DNA of 63,313 bases, counting the filler, from Octopus bimaculoides (taxonomy: Eukaryota), in assembly GCF_001194135.2 (NCBI RefSeq). It is 4 parts of 4 records of this genome, joined end to end, with 100 filler letters (N's around TTAATTAATTAA, not from the genome) between each part and the next. Parts side by side here need not be neighbours in the genome. Positions count along the whole stretch, not along the records: positions 33,759 to 63,313 come from NC_068981.1; 3 more parts are not named here. One strand, written 5' to 3'. Shown here in pieces: positions 50,268-63,313 of this stretch; position 1 is the stretch's first letter, and the number at the start of each line of letters is the position of its first letter. The notes under the pieces are model-generated. The model worked only from the letters and a program-made list of their open reading frames with translations, searched no databases and was not told the DNA's origin. Position numbers and translations under genes: made by a program.

Positions 50268-52253
50268 TATGTTTATAAGTTTATGTCCTACCCTCAACAG
50301 CATATTCATTCTGCAAAAACATTTTAGCCAGGGTAGTGACAGAAATGGGTTGTTGATAGCATTGAATGTTACATTTGCATCAGAAACGGGTTATCTAATG
50401 GCGAACACTATTTTAATCATCGTGTTTTCTTATTTGGCTACAGATGTTTTCCAAAACAGGGATGATGGCGTCGCCATGTGCTTTCGTATTTGTAACACAG
50501 TTTCCAATAAGGTGAGGAAACTGAAGGATGACCCTATGTTTTCCTGTGCACAAATTGTGTTTGTCATGGTTGTCTGACCCTCGGCACACTGAGTTATAAA
50601 TGCATGACCAGATTTTTTTTTCTGCTGGCAAAGAGTTTGGCAGAAAAATGGAAGTTATATACCAGCCTGACTTTCACAAGACCGTTGAAGGTTCACTTAG
50701 GGTATCACTAACGCAAGAACATTCGAAATTGACAATAAAGACAGAGTTATGAAAATTGACATCGCGTTCAGTAGACTTGGAAAAACATCTGGGAAAAGAG
50801 GAGTATCAGCCTCAAAGCAAGTTGAAAAGTACAGAGCGGTGCTTTGCCAACTATCTCTGATAACGTTTTTTATATCACGTAGTGTTACCCGGCATCCACA
50901 CTCTCTAACGTAAGTCATCTTGTCGGAATGGACTTGAAAATGCATCTGGAAATATCATTCCTACAATATGTTGCTTCCGTGAGTGAGGATGTTCGGGTGA
51001 TAGTCGTATCAAATACTACAAGCACATGTTTCAATGCTTCCCTAAATTATTTGAGAAAAAAATACATAGCCTTATTTTGACAGGTCTACCTATTACAGTT
51101 TTATGGGGAATTGTGGAATATCATCTGATAAATAGACCAGGAGCAGACAATCTCAGACGTGGAATTATTTCCATAAGTCCAAAGCTGTACGTATATTAGT
51201 AATGGGATTTCGTTAATTCAGCCCAACGTGCAACAACTTATTTTCAACCTATATTGGTGTTGTTATTAGCTGAAATCATCAGAATAATGAAATCCATGAA
51301 CTGAGTCATCGTTATCGTCTTAGAGATGAACGAATATGTCTACTCGCTCAAACTTTGGTTTTCCAAATGAAACAATATATTGGCCACTAATAAATGCTGA
51401 AATTACTTTCATTGTGTAACACTTCCGCTTTGTACGTTTCTCTACCAAAATCGTATATACATTTTAGTCTGAACAGTAATACCAACGGAATTACATGGAA
51501 AAGTTCAGAGGTGTAAAGAATATATGTGACCTGGTGCCAAAGTTAGAAATCAGTATAAAATCGACCTAAATTCTAAATCTCCTATCAACGTTTTGGTCGT
51601 AATTGTTTAGTTACAGGATTACTCTGATTAATGATATCTATGAGCGAAATTTATGTAAACGCAGATAATTTGTATTCACTTACTGTAATTAGAACATTCT
51701 ATACAGTGTACTATATTTAGACCGCATATATGATTTATAAAATACTTATGATTTATTCTATGACGGTCATATTATTGTTAATGAAAATCTATTGTAGCGG
51801 TACTAAGCTGTAGGTTATCCTTGACCTACGGCACTACAGCTTTGTTAGAAGCTTGGTCATGCATTCTGATATTTTATATTCATATTTTTACACATATTTT
51901 GAAAGGAACCTTTGCGCTTTGTGTTAAGTTTGGCGTAATTTGGTGGGATGGGAGATATCACTGCTAATATTTACTCGCAAGGCATCAGACGCAAATATAG
52001 TCGCTGGTGAGAGATTATTGTATAAATAATAATGTTGTTTATCTCCTGGTTTTGTTGTGGGAGCTGCAATTGATATTCATTTCAAACATGAAGTGCTCAT
52101 ATTTTATCGTAGCCTATATTATTCTTTTGGCTTTCTTTGTATATCTATTTGAATTCTATTCATATTATATTACAAAATTGTGATAACTTCACCTTTCATC
52201 ATTTTATTTTCCCTGCGGAAATGTATAAAAAAAATTGGTGTAATACGAATGTC

Positions 52254-52254
<1 letters not shown>

Positions 52255-52307
<53 letters not shown>
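52255..52307. repeat. (GATA)n microsatellite
   Basis: About 13 units. Similar tracts lie at 29080-29136 and 38856-38893. Confidence 0.95.
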
Positions 52308-52308
<1 letters not shown>

Positions 52309-52500
52309 GAGGGAGCGAGGGAGGGAGAGAGTAAGTAAAGTGGTGTGTGAATTAGAGAAATTCTAATTCAATCATTTCGTAATTTTTTTCGTCAACTGTA
52401 TGATTAATGAAATTTTACAAGAACAGGTTGAGAAAATTAATTTAAAATACTGCCTATGANNNNNNNNNNTGTGTGTGTGTGTGTGTGTGTGTGGGTGTGT

Positions 52501-52546
<46 letters not shown>

Positions 52547-54059
52547 TTACTTTCCTATATGTAAATGCATACGTAGAAAAAGTATGTGTATGTGTGTACT
52601 TTAATGTGTATGGCTTACTTCTCCAAATATGATTAAAATTAGCGTCATTAATTATTGAGGCAGTGAAAGGATTTCGCAAAAACTGTAAACACACATTCTT
52701 AAATTTCAACTCAATTCAAAATGAATGGTATACAGCCATATTTCATTTTCAAAATTGCATAGTGTTTTCATGCTGGAATAAATATAAGCAAATTAATTGC
52801 AAGAATTTTACTGCGTTCACTTGTTTTTCTGTTTTTAAAATTCATTTTTCTACTATTTATTTTTGATATCTTGAAAATTCTATATTTCCTATGATGTAGG
52901 TTTTACTTTCAAATTTTAACATTTATTTCGCAAATTCTGTCAGAGAGTGATGATTATCTATCATACAATCTTATTTCACTTCGTTCAGAAATCATTAACG
53001 CTACACCATTTTAAGTAATCGATGGCTTTCAGGGGATGATGTAAAAGTAGATGCATGAGTAGCAATGAAAAAAAAAAACAAAAAAAAACAGATACGCAGC
53101 TTCTCCCCTTTCGGGGACTTACAATTAAATGCCTATTGCAGAAATAAGTTACCTTATAGACCGTAATTGACGATTGTATGAATATATTTCATACAGTTTG
53201 CATCAAAACTTTAATTAGAAGCTCTTATGTGGTGAGAAAAATACTACTATGAATATGTTAAATACTAAGGCATGTATGAGTGACAACTTTGAGCATGTTA
53301 CAGTCATATTAGCGCTTTTAAGCGAAGGAAAGGTTCCAGCGTAGTTGCTAAATTACCAAGTAGGCAATGGTAATTATTTTACTACAACACCTTTCTATAT
53401 ACACGCCACTTCCCCCATAAAAACTGAAAACATAGCGCTTAGATTTAAAGTGTATGCGATGAGTTGTACTTTTCTTTCTCTCGTCCTTCTATTTAATTTA
53501 ATATGAAACAGCCTTTTTCTTTTTTTATTTCCTCGCTCTAGGCAATTATTAGCACTGACAAAATTATTAACGCTGACGTAATGTTAAATTTGGCAAGAAA
53601 TGTTTGAAACTATGAGATTTATTTCTTATGACACTAAAATCTCAACTACTAAATTTTGAGTGCAAAATTTTCAGTAACAAAACACCTATAGGGTAATTAG
53701 ATATACTCACACAGAATATACGTAATTTAAAAAGTGTAAAGCTAATGACGGCGAAATGAGTGAGTCTGTTTGAGTAAGAGAAACAGGGAGAAAGAGAGAA
53801 AGAGAGACAGAGCCGGAATTAAGTGGTGGATAAAGAAACATAAGTGTGATGGGAGATTAGGAATGGAATGTGCATAAACTATTTTGATGTTAGTAACTAA
53901 GATGAATGTGGCTATATATGTATGCGCGTGTCTGACCGTATATTCGTTTTAAGAAATTTTAAAAACATAATTTTCTGTCTACACATATCTGTCAGTTAAT
54001 CTGTTTAGGCGAATGGACTATCTCTAAAATACATGCGTACATATAAACCCGCGCCCCCA

Positions 54060-54105
<46 letters not shown>

Positions 54106-55041
54106 AACAGAAGGATTTCAAATTATTTGTGCGTGTTTCAGTATGTGTACTTTTATATATCTATTAATTTATAAAGCCATACGAGTAGTAATACTGAGGA
54201 TTTCGTACTTGTAGTAATTCGAACAGTATGTTCTTTTATGTATTAGATATTACCAAAAAAAATTATTTTGAAGAACGCATGTGTAAACACTGCCGTTAAT
54301 TTGGAAGAAAAAAGGCCTCTTAGAGTGGAGAAGATGTTATTAATGCTTAGTTTTATTGCTGAGCACTTATGATATGTTGTGCATGTTTGTGATAAAACTC
54401 TTATAGTTAACTTGTGCCGATTAAAATACTTCCTATATTTATGATGTACAAGGAATTGTCATTTCATTAAGTTTGAAAGTAAATTCAGTTATTTCCAATT
54501 AAACTAGATTTAGCATTTAAGAGGGATGAGCTAATAGGCACACATTTTCCTCGGGGAAACAAAAGTAGAATGGCGTAAAACACGCTTTACAAAACGCGTT
54601 TTTAGACATTTACTTTGACTTCTAGTGTTTCTAAAAAGGGCATCTTGAATTTTCAAGGAGATTTAGCTGATAATTCTAAGTAGGACATAGAAGGATATTT
54701 TGAATATTTCAACTTCAATGTCACAATTTTCAATTAGAATATTTTTGCTGGTTCAAACATTCCATAGTTTCGTATAGCATATGGTGTAAACATAGTGATG
54801 TTTATTTCCGCTCAAATTTCATTACATAAGCACGACTTCCTTAGCCGGAAGCTTAAGAAATTGAATTAAATCTCTGTACATGGGATGTGCATAATTAAAG
54901 TTAGATTGCTCAGAAAATGCCAATTAATTTAGGGTAAATTATTTATTTATTTATCACAAGGAACCACAAACAGAGTTATGCAGACATAGGCATCTTTACT
55001 GTAACGAATATAGCACAGTGTCTGTGCGCGTGAGTGTGTCT

Positions 55042-55092
<51 letters not shown>

Positions 55093-56100
55093 ACACTTCC
55101 TAACAGTGCGACATGTAGGCTACAGTTTACGCTATATGGGTGGGTGTACACACACACACATACGCACATGCATAGTGCATATACGTAAGTAGCATTATTT
55201 ATATTAACACCAGGGAGCATATTTTAATAGCAATTAGAAACGAAAAACTTTGTATTATTTAATGTTCGTTAATACTATGCCAACAAACACAGGTGAGATA
55301 TAAATTCAGCTAAGCGGCACCTCTTAATGTATTTCCAATTGTCTACAAAAATATTTGAAATTATAAAATCTGATTATGTAGTAAGGTCTGTCATCGTATA
55401 TTTACGCGTATATATAATCGTCGGCAGACCTTCCAATACATTGAGTTATAAATACATTCAATTATAACAACTAGTTATCGGTACATCTATGACCAAGCTG
55501 AGATGCTATGCGTATTTACTCATATATANNNNNNNNNNNNNNNNNNNNNNNNNNNNNNNNNNNNNNNNNNNNNNNNNNNNNNNNNNNNNNNNNNNNNNNN
55601 NNNNNNNNNNNNNNNNNNNNNNNNNNNNNNNNNNNNNNNNNNNNNNNNNNNNNNNNNNNNNNNNNNNNNNNNNNNNNNNNNNNNNNNNNNNNNNNNNNNN
55701 NNNNNNNNNNNNNNNNNNNNNNNNNNNNNNNNNNNNNNNNNNNNNNNNNNNNNNNNNNNNNNNNNNNNNNNNNNNNNNNNNNNNNNNNNNNNNNNNNNNN
55801 NNNNNNNNNNNNNNNNNNNNNNNNNNNNNNNNNNNNNNNNNNNNNNNNNNNNNNNNNNNNNNNNNNNNNNNNNNNNNNNNNNNNNNNNNNNNNNNNNNNN
55901 NNNNNNNNNNNNNNNNNNNNNNNNNNNNNNNNNNNNNNNNNNNNCAAAATGTATCACTTCAACTTGGTATCTCTACCTATAAAATGGGTGTGATATCCTG
56001 TTTTTTTGTCTAATTTTTACTACCCAAGGTAACTATTAACATATTTACATTATCAAAGGTTTTTTTTTTTAAACTGAGATAATATTAATACATACATAAA

Positions 56101-56140
<40 letters not shown>

Positions 56141-57774
56141 TTCAATACGCTTCTACAAGTAAAGAACAAGTATCAAATCCTCCAGTATAATCGTCCTTAT
56201 TTACTAGTAATGTATATATGCTCTATGTGAAATCGATCACAAACTTAAATGAAGTAGAGGTGTTTATGAATATGTAAACAATTCACAAACTTCTTTGACA
56301 GATATATAGAGTATCACGCTATTTGTCACCAGAATATAGGATAGTAACAAAAAACTGGGGCATGTATTACCGGTTAACATTTGTCTGCCGTCTAATATTG
56401 ATCGAGATCGGTCATGGCCTCATGTTTCCCGAGAGTAGGATTAAGTGGCAAGCAAGCAATGAATCACATTAAAGGGATCAATCCTGTAATGATCTCGTGC
56501 AAGTAAAGAGTAACAAAGTTTTTCATGTATTTGTTTTTGGTAGACATTCTGACCGGCAGGTGTTGCACCACAAGGTTTCTCTGATGATTTCAAGGACGTC
56601 CTGTTCGGTTTTTCTGTAGACGTTTTTTTTTTATTCTAGAACATCGAAATGTGTAATAACAAAACCTATTTTCATATGCATAATGATGTTCAATCATGCG
56701 TTAGCGTCTTCAGAAATTGTCGCAAATTATCCGATAAGGATCCATAATATATTTCGCATTGAATAAGCAGTAACCATCGCGATAATGTAGTCCGTAAATT
56801 AACGATTGTAGGAAACCTCTACACTAGACAATGAATATACTGGAAATCTTTATACTCAGTTCTATAGTTTGTTAGTAATGCTAATAAAAAGGTACCGTCC
56901 TACAATATAGACGGGGCGTCGACATAGTTGGCATGAATATATGTTTTTTGAAAGACTTCTGCGCCTAAGATGGTGATTAATATGCAATCAACATTAAATC
57001 TGTCATTTCATTTAAGCATTAGTCCAGACGGTATAATGTCGTTGCTGTTATAACCATTGTTATTGTTTTTCGTGCTATTTTTGTCTACGTTCTCTATGTG
57101 ATTTTGGTCTACGTAAGTATAGACCTAGGCGGCTATGTTCAAAAATGTCCCTGCCTTAAATCATCGTGTTTTATTTTTTATACAGTTATATCATTCAAAT
57201 CTGTTTATCCTATAACAAGACGGGAGAGAGTAATTTTACGGAAATTTTGTTGGTATTGCTAACAGGTGGAGCAACTATTAAGCATTTTTTCATAACATCG
57301 TTCAACGAATTTTATCACGTGTAGTATCGATATAGTTCCAATTCAAATTCGGAATGAACTAATTTCGATAAGTAGATTTTATCGGCTTTATATCTATGAC
57401 AGATGGAATGGTACGGCGGAGAGGCTTGAAAAAATATTAGGAAATTCTTCAAGTTTTACTTGAAGCGGAAAGTGAAACTAGAGAGAGAACAGCTGGCATC
57501 CTGTTATTGCGCTTCAACATACATTCACACTCCTCCACACAGGCGTACACATTCATACATACATACATACATACATGCATACATATTTACATACATACGT
57601 GTGTGTAAGAATAAATGCTCACAAATTTGAATGTGTGTGCCTATGCGTGTATGTTGTTATGAACTAATGTAAATGCACGCATGTGTGATTGCGTGTGTGT
57701 ATATGTATGCATACCTGTCGTTATGTATATGCGTATCTATATATGTATTTTTCTTTGTATAATTTAGTTGCAGT

Positions 57775-57990
57775 TTTATTAGACTCACGATCGTAAGGTC
57801 CGGGTTTAAATTCTTGGACAGAGGACATGTTGTAACCTTCAGCAAATCACTTAGTTTCACATTGCTCCAGTGAAGGCAGCTGAAATGTATACAAACTATA
57901 ACCAGAGCCTGCCCGTGGCCTAGACGGATGTTCCGTTTAAGTGTATTCTTGAATTTCCACTGGCTTACATGATAGGGAAACAGGTTAAAT
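57775..57990 (+). mobile_element. Old diverged tRNA-headed SINE
   Basis: TTAGACTCACGATCGTAAGGTCCGGGTTTAAATTC head, followed by CCTTCAGCAAATCACTTAGTTTCACATTGCTCCAGT, similar to the 41060 element. Confidence 0.45.
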
Positions 57991-58435
57991 ATGCGGCTAA
58001 ATGAAACAAATTTACTTTGTATCTATGTATATCCGTGTGTATACATCTGTATGTAAGCATATAAGAATTTATGAGTATGTATGTATGTATGTGTGTATGT
58101 ATGTATGCATGTATGTATGTATGTATGTATGTATGTATGTATGTATGTATGTGAATATATGCTTATTTATGTATGGATGTGTATGCGTTGGTGTCCGATT
58201 TGTGTGTGGGAAAATTCATTCTCTAATATTTTTTATTTGCTGCTATATTTGTATCTCATATTATATCTATCTCGTGTTGTATTCCTTTACGTGCTCGATT
58301 GAAATCGCACTGAAGTCGACTTTCCCTTTCGTTCCAGTGGTATCGTTAAGACAAACTTCCACACGAATACTGTGTTTTTATTTAATCGACTAACCCTTTC
58401 TGAAATTCTGACATTCTGCTTATAATAATAGAAAT

Positions 58436-58452
58436 CATCATCGTCGTCGTCG

Positions 58453-58506
<54 letters not shown>
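58436..58506. repeat. (TCA/TCG)n microsatellite, i.e. the (GAT)n tail of the adjacent LINE end
   Basis: Directly visible. Confidence 0.92.
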
Positions 58507-58507
<1 letters not shown>

Positions 58508-58509
58508 AA

Positions 58510-58728
58510 TTATTTTGTGATGAAAAATCACAGTTTCTTTTGTTGGGCCTAATTGAGAATGTCAGCTGTCCACAGCCAGAAGACGAAAGTAACACTCGTC
58601 TGCTGGTCATGCTTCAAAAACCCTGAGAAGAATTCTTGCAGTCCTAAGCAATGCGGATTTTTGTAGGTGTTCTATTTTCGTGCTTGTATCAATCTTTTTG
58701 AACCATGTTGGTAGTTGAGTGCTGATAT
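58510..58728 (-). mobile_element. Extreme 3' end of an R4/Dong-like (RLE-type) LINE
   Basis: The minus strand reads LPTWFKKIDTSTKIEHLQKSALLRTARILLRVF, matching the 'LQKxALLGTARILRxVL' C-terminus I recall for this group. A short 3' UTR and trinucleotide tail follow. Confidence 0.65.
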
Positions 58729-58761
58729 TATTATTATTATTATTGTTGTTGTTGTTGTTGT

Positions 58762-59281
58762 TATTGAGTAAGAGAGCAGAGCATGTCATCAAAGTGGCAC
58801 TGACGTAAAATATACCCATCATGCCTCCCTCTCTGACCAGAGTACATCAGGTACATGCGTCACAACCATATGTGCACGACATGGTGATATCAAGATAAAC
58901 AGCGCATGACCTTGCAGGTGGGGCCCAGTTAGAATTTTCTTCAGGTTGTGTAGCCCATCCCATTCAAAAGGCCCTTGCTTAAGGATTGTTTTAGGTTGTT
59001 GAATAAAACACCCGTGTTTCCTGAGGTAAATTATTGAAACTCCAAAGAAATCCTCTCAACACATGGCTATGATGCTACCCCACTACTTCTGCTCGTGATT
59101 AGAGATGCACATATCGTCAGCATCTAAACATGTTGAAGTGGTTAAGATCAGCTAAATGACAAGCAAATCTGTGGTACTGAGCAGAATATTTGGTGTAGCC
59201 CATCATTTATACCAAGACAAAACAATGTACATGATAACTTCCAATCAGTTAAGATTAGAAGCCATGAGAGCCACTGCCTGG

Positions 59282-59283
<2 letters not shown>
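58762..59283 (-). repeat. Unclassified ~520-bp interspersed element with an (AAT/AAC)n 3' tail
   Basis: A non-coding, higher-complexity block with sharp microsatellite boundaries. It resembles an abundant octopus repeat I recall; the family is not assigned. Confidence 0.5.
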
Positions 59284-59335
<52 letters not shown>

Positions 59336-59351
59336 CATTCTTCTTCTTCTT

Positions 59352-59382
<31 letters not shown>

Positions 59383-59440
59383 TCATCATTATTATTATTA
59401 TTATTATTATTTTTGTTGTAGTTGGTGTTACTACTACTAT

Positions 59441-59495
<55 letters not shown>
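59284..59495. repeat. Compound trinucleotide array (AAT)n-(CTT)n-(CAT)n-(TAT)n-(TAC)n
   Basis: Directly visible. Confidence 0.95.
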
Positions 59496-59496
<1 letters not shown>

Positions 59497-59758
59497 AGGC
59501 GGCGTGCTGCCAGGGTCGTTAGCACGCTAGACGAAATGCTTAGCAGCATTTCACTCGTGGCTGCGGTATGAGTTCAAATTTCGCCGAGGTCGACTTTGTC
59601 TTTCATCATTTCGGTTTCGATTAAATTAATTAGGAGTTGAGCACTGGGGTCACTGTAATCGACTATCCACCTCCCCCAAATTTGAGGCTTTGTGCTTCCA
59701 GTAGAGAGGATTATTATTATTATCATTATTATTGTTATTATTATTATTATTATTATTA

Positions 59759-59810
<52 letters not shown>
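59496..59810 (+). mobile_element. Nin/Deu-core-like SINE (59496-59710) with a long (ATT)n tail
   Basis: AAGGCGGCGTGCTGCCAGGGTCGTTAGCACG head, GAGTTCAAATTTCG B box, and tail TTTGAGGCTTTGTGCTTCCAGTAGAGAGG followed by (ATT)n. Confidence 0.82.
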
Positions 59811-60392
59811 GTTGCTGTTGTTGTGATACTTGTAGAAGTGGTGGTTAAAATTTATAGTAATTTGTATCATTTTCGTAAATTTAGTTGTTTGCGTCTAAAG
59901 TAGTATTCTTCGTATGTGTTTACATATGCAGCAGTGCGTAAGTGCATGTGTGTGTGTGTGTGTGTAATATACGTCTGTTTTAGACATGTATGTGCATGCA
60001 TTTGCGTACATTTGAAAACATATTGAAAATGAAAGTTTCCGATATTTTCAGTCGATTTTCGCATTGCAGCGTTCTACATGTGTACTTTGGAAAAATAAAC
60101 ATTTCCTAGCGATCACATCCTCAAATATTGGTTAAACACCGCCAACGCCAACATTACCCACACAGCTAGGAATAAAGCAACGGCAACAGCAATAACCCGA
60201 AGTGTAAATAAAAACTGTAAACGGCAATAATCTGCATGCCATTTCTGAAATTTCAATTATTTATTGCATGTAAAAATTTGTTTTATTTTGGAATAAGATT
60301 GATTAAAAATACACAATATAAAATTGCATATGCTAACAGTAACGCTTTAAAAATTTAGTTGTTTTACTCTATCCATATTATCTATATCTATC

Positions 60393-60444
<52 letters not shown>

Positions 60445-62814
60445 ATGTGTGTGTGTGTGTGTGTTTTGTCTGTGTGTATATGTGCGTGTTTGTGTGCACG
60501 TAGGTATATGCACACCAGCAGACTCAGATATTCATTCAGCAATGATTAAGCTTTAATGGGAGATACATTGTGGGATACCTTTGCTTGTGTGAAACTAGAA
60601 CATCAGACGTCATATAACCACTATCAGACAATTTTACTTTAACAAGCCGCCTCCACCAGTGACACCGTCTAACATATTTAACTATCTAAACACTAATCTG
60701 CAACTGTTGCGCTTTGGTTTGTTTATTTGCGTTTTTAACTGTCCAGTCTAGTATATCAGAAACTAGTGAAGCTAGGAAAACTCAATATTTTATCAATTAT
60801 TATAAAAAAAAAGGGAAATAAACAAAAGCTTTTGTTTGTGTATTGAACAATTTTTTGTATTTTAAGCATGTCATCTAGCTATTAAAAATTCTACACAGCT
60901 GATATTTAACATGTCATAAGCTGGGCGATTTACGAGTTCAACAACAAACAAAAACTTTTAAACGATAAAGAAAACGCCATAGAAATACAGCCACTCGCAG
61001 ACGTACGTAGCAACACACTATCAGATGTGTAACTATTATTGTCAAAAGTGTAAAAGACGTTGATATCTTTATCATAAACTTTCGCATATACATTTACAGA
61101 GCAGTAATTCGATATTTGAAAAAAAAAAGGAAGAAACATTAAGATATGAATAAATGGTAAGCCAAACAGAGAAAGTAGATGTTCAGGAAAGCAATATCTC
61201 TCAGGGAAATACGTATTTCACCAGTTTGCTTTAAAGATATAAATTCCAATCTTTCTTATTTATGTTCTCCAGGAATTAAATTCTAACATATCGTACAAAA
61301 GTTATTTCCCTTCCTTGTTTGCAAATTTAATCACTGTGAGATGTTGTTAGCTACTAATTAATTACTTGAGTTTTAATTATTGAAAATTACCGTTTCAGTA
61401 AATAATTACATACGTGGCTAACCGGCACTCGCGATTGAATATTGCTTGGTAACATGTACTGGACTTCTTGTTTTAATTGTTATAAGTGTCTGTGTCATTG
61501 TGAGCAGATATAGACCCCGTTTCTTGCTCCTCACTTTTGACAGTGGCACACCCACGATGTGGCACACTGTAAGTTACATATACACGCTAATTAAACGTAG
61601 ACTGGGGAAACATGAAATTAATGTCTCCCTGGAAAGCAAAACACGACTCCTGGTCCAGAATTTGAAAGCTTGTAATTATCGTGAGTTTTCTCCTCAACGG
61701 CAAATATCTTCGCAACGTATGTGAGACACTAGCTTATTAATATGAACTTTCAGATGATAGTGACAATGGGAAATACATTCAAAATATTGACTCCATAGTT
61801 CACAAACATAGGTAAACATCCATAGAACATAAATTATAGATACAGATTGATATTCCTTAGGCATTTACATACATGCATACATACATACATACATACATAC
61901 ATACGTCATTATTCAGTTTTCTTCATTGAAGTTTCAACATCAACAAGGTATTTTGAATGTTTGTGCAGATTTAATGTTTTGTTTTGTGTCTGTATTCTCG
62001 TGCATATTGTTGCATATCTGGTCATGCTCATATATACCTCAATGATAAACGTCTGGAAAGTTTTACAAATATTTACTGCTCCGGTGATGGCTTGGATTGT
62101 AGACGTCGAATACGCTTTCTATTATCTGGTTTTGGGAAGTCTAATTTCTCAAGATTAGTATTTAGGCAGTGTGTTACATATACCAGTGCCCCAATAATTA
62201 CAGGTATGAACTTGTAATCTGTATGTATGTATGCGTGCATCTATGACTTATACATATGTGTGCATCTATATCTTGTACATACACATAAACAAACACATAC
62301 ACACACAAATAGATATATAGATGATAGAGCGAGATAGAGAGCAAATATACACAAATGCGATTTAAAGTATATAGGAGTTATACATGACTGCTTTGACGTT
62401 TAAGATCAGGTAGGACTGAAGTCGAATTGTATAATGTACCGCGCTCAAACTGGTAATCGTACTAATTCCGATATAATGGCCACGACGTGCTGCAAATGCA
62501 ACAATAATGAGAAAAAATATTACGAGAAAAACAGATAAGAAACGATAGGAAACGCTTTAAAGGAAGGAAAGATAATTTTACTTTATGTAATCTAGATTAT
62601 GTCCAATTCACGCGTTAAATGAAAAATATAGTTGCTGTTGAATGATTACATAGATATCCATGCCTAATGGATAAAAGTATAATTCAGTCTCTCTAACTCT
62701 GGCAGGAATGCGTCTTCCACTTCGTTTACAGAAAATTACCGGGATGTATACACTTTTTGGGGCCGGTAATATTTTGACCGTTAATGTACTGTCTAGACCT
62801 ATCTACACTATGGG

Positions 62815-62990
62815 AAACTATTCTCCCCATCACACATACACACATAAACACACGACGGGCTTCTTTCAGTTTCTGTTTACCAAATAAAATCCACTCACAA
62901 GATTTTGGTCGGTCAGGGGTTTCAGTAGAAAATACTGCCAAGTTTCTGCATAATGTGAATGAATACCAACAGCCTGGCAAACTTTGCACT
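62815..62990 (-). mobile_element. CORE-like SINE fragment, diverged
   Basis: CGACGGGCTTCTTTCAGTTTCTGTTTACCAAATAAAATCCACTCACAAGATTTTGGTCGG is the reverse complement of 13550-13612. Confidence 0.72.
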
Positions 62991-63313
62991 ACAACCGTTT
63001 CTACAAACGACGTAGAAGAGGCAGAAGCATAATAACTTCAATAAGCTCAACTTTAAAATTCAACATTTGTAACATAATTTAAGTATTACGTTTATTCTAC
63101 TTCGATTCAATCATATGAATGATGAAAACGTGAAAAAAAGCACACAAAATCACCCAAAAGCGTGAACACATGCACAAACACGCTCGTGTAGGTGTATACA
63201 TCTATTAATATGTTTCTATGTATGTATGTCTTTGCATGTATTTATATGTGTATATATGTGTATAGATATGTACACATATGTATATACATATGTTTATATA
63301 TATATATATATAT

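Noticed and set aside
56575-56650. CTGATGA followed later by CGAAA
   Set aside because: No stem II, stem III or cleavage-site pairing; a chance motif.
60920-61035. Peptide EFNNKQKLLNDKENAIEIQPLADVRSNTLSDV* resembling a protein C-terminus
   Set aside because: An in-frame stop lies just upstream, there is no good acceptor, and no homology is recognised.
992-62989. Most ORFs in the supplied track (poly-X, YIYI, CVCV, HTHT, poly-N/Y/L/S/E/K)
   Set aside because: They are translations of N gaps and di-, tri- or tetranucleotide microsatellites, not genes.

Overview
AT-rich, gap-riddled eukaryotic genomic DNA. The SINE, LINE and microsatellite landscape is consistent with an octopus (cephalopod) genome; this is an inference from repeat families I recall, not a database match. 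I could not identify any host protein-coding gene with confidence. Almost all ORFs in the supplied track are artefacts of microsatellites and N gaps. The window is a patchwork of four segments joined by three synthetic 100-bp spacers (44 N + TTAATTAATTAA + 44 N). Recognisable content is decayed mobile DNA: four mariner fragments (one DD34D), an internally deleted maT/DD37D transposon with both TIRs, a Gypsy integrase fragment, a Penelope GIY-YIG fragment, R4/Dong-like, Tx1/L1-like and CR1-group LINE fragments, and at least four tRNA-headed SINE types, many of them next to microsatellites. The most interesting signals are: a hammerhead-ribozyme-like motif with non-canonical strand order (5450-5530); two pre-miRNA-sized hairpins (12208-12264, 50184-50267); an inverted near-identical SINE pair that could form an ADAR substrate (15099-17554); SINE 3'-tail swapping, including a tail resembling the Tx1-like 3' UTR; a doubly deleted Tx1-like element ending in (CTT)n; and a few candidate orphan exons and promoters. 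Coordinates of decayed repeats are approximate to about 10-20 bp.
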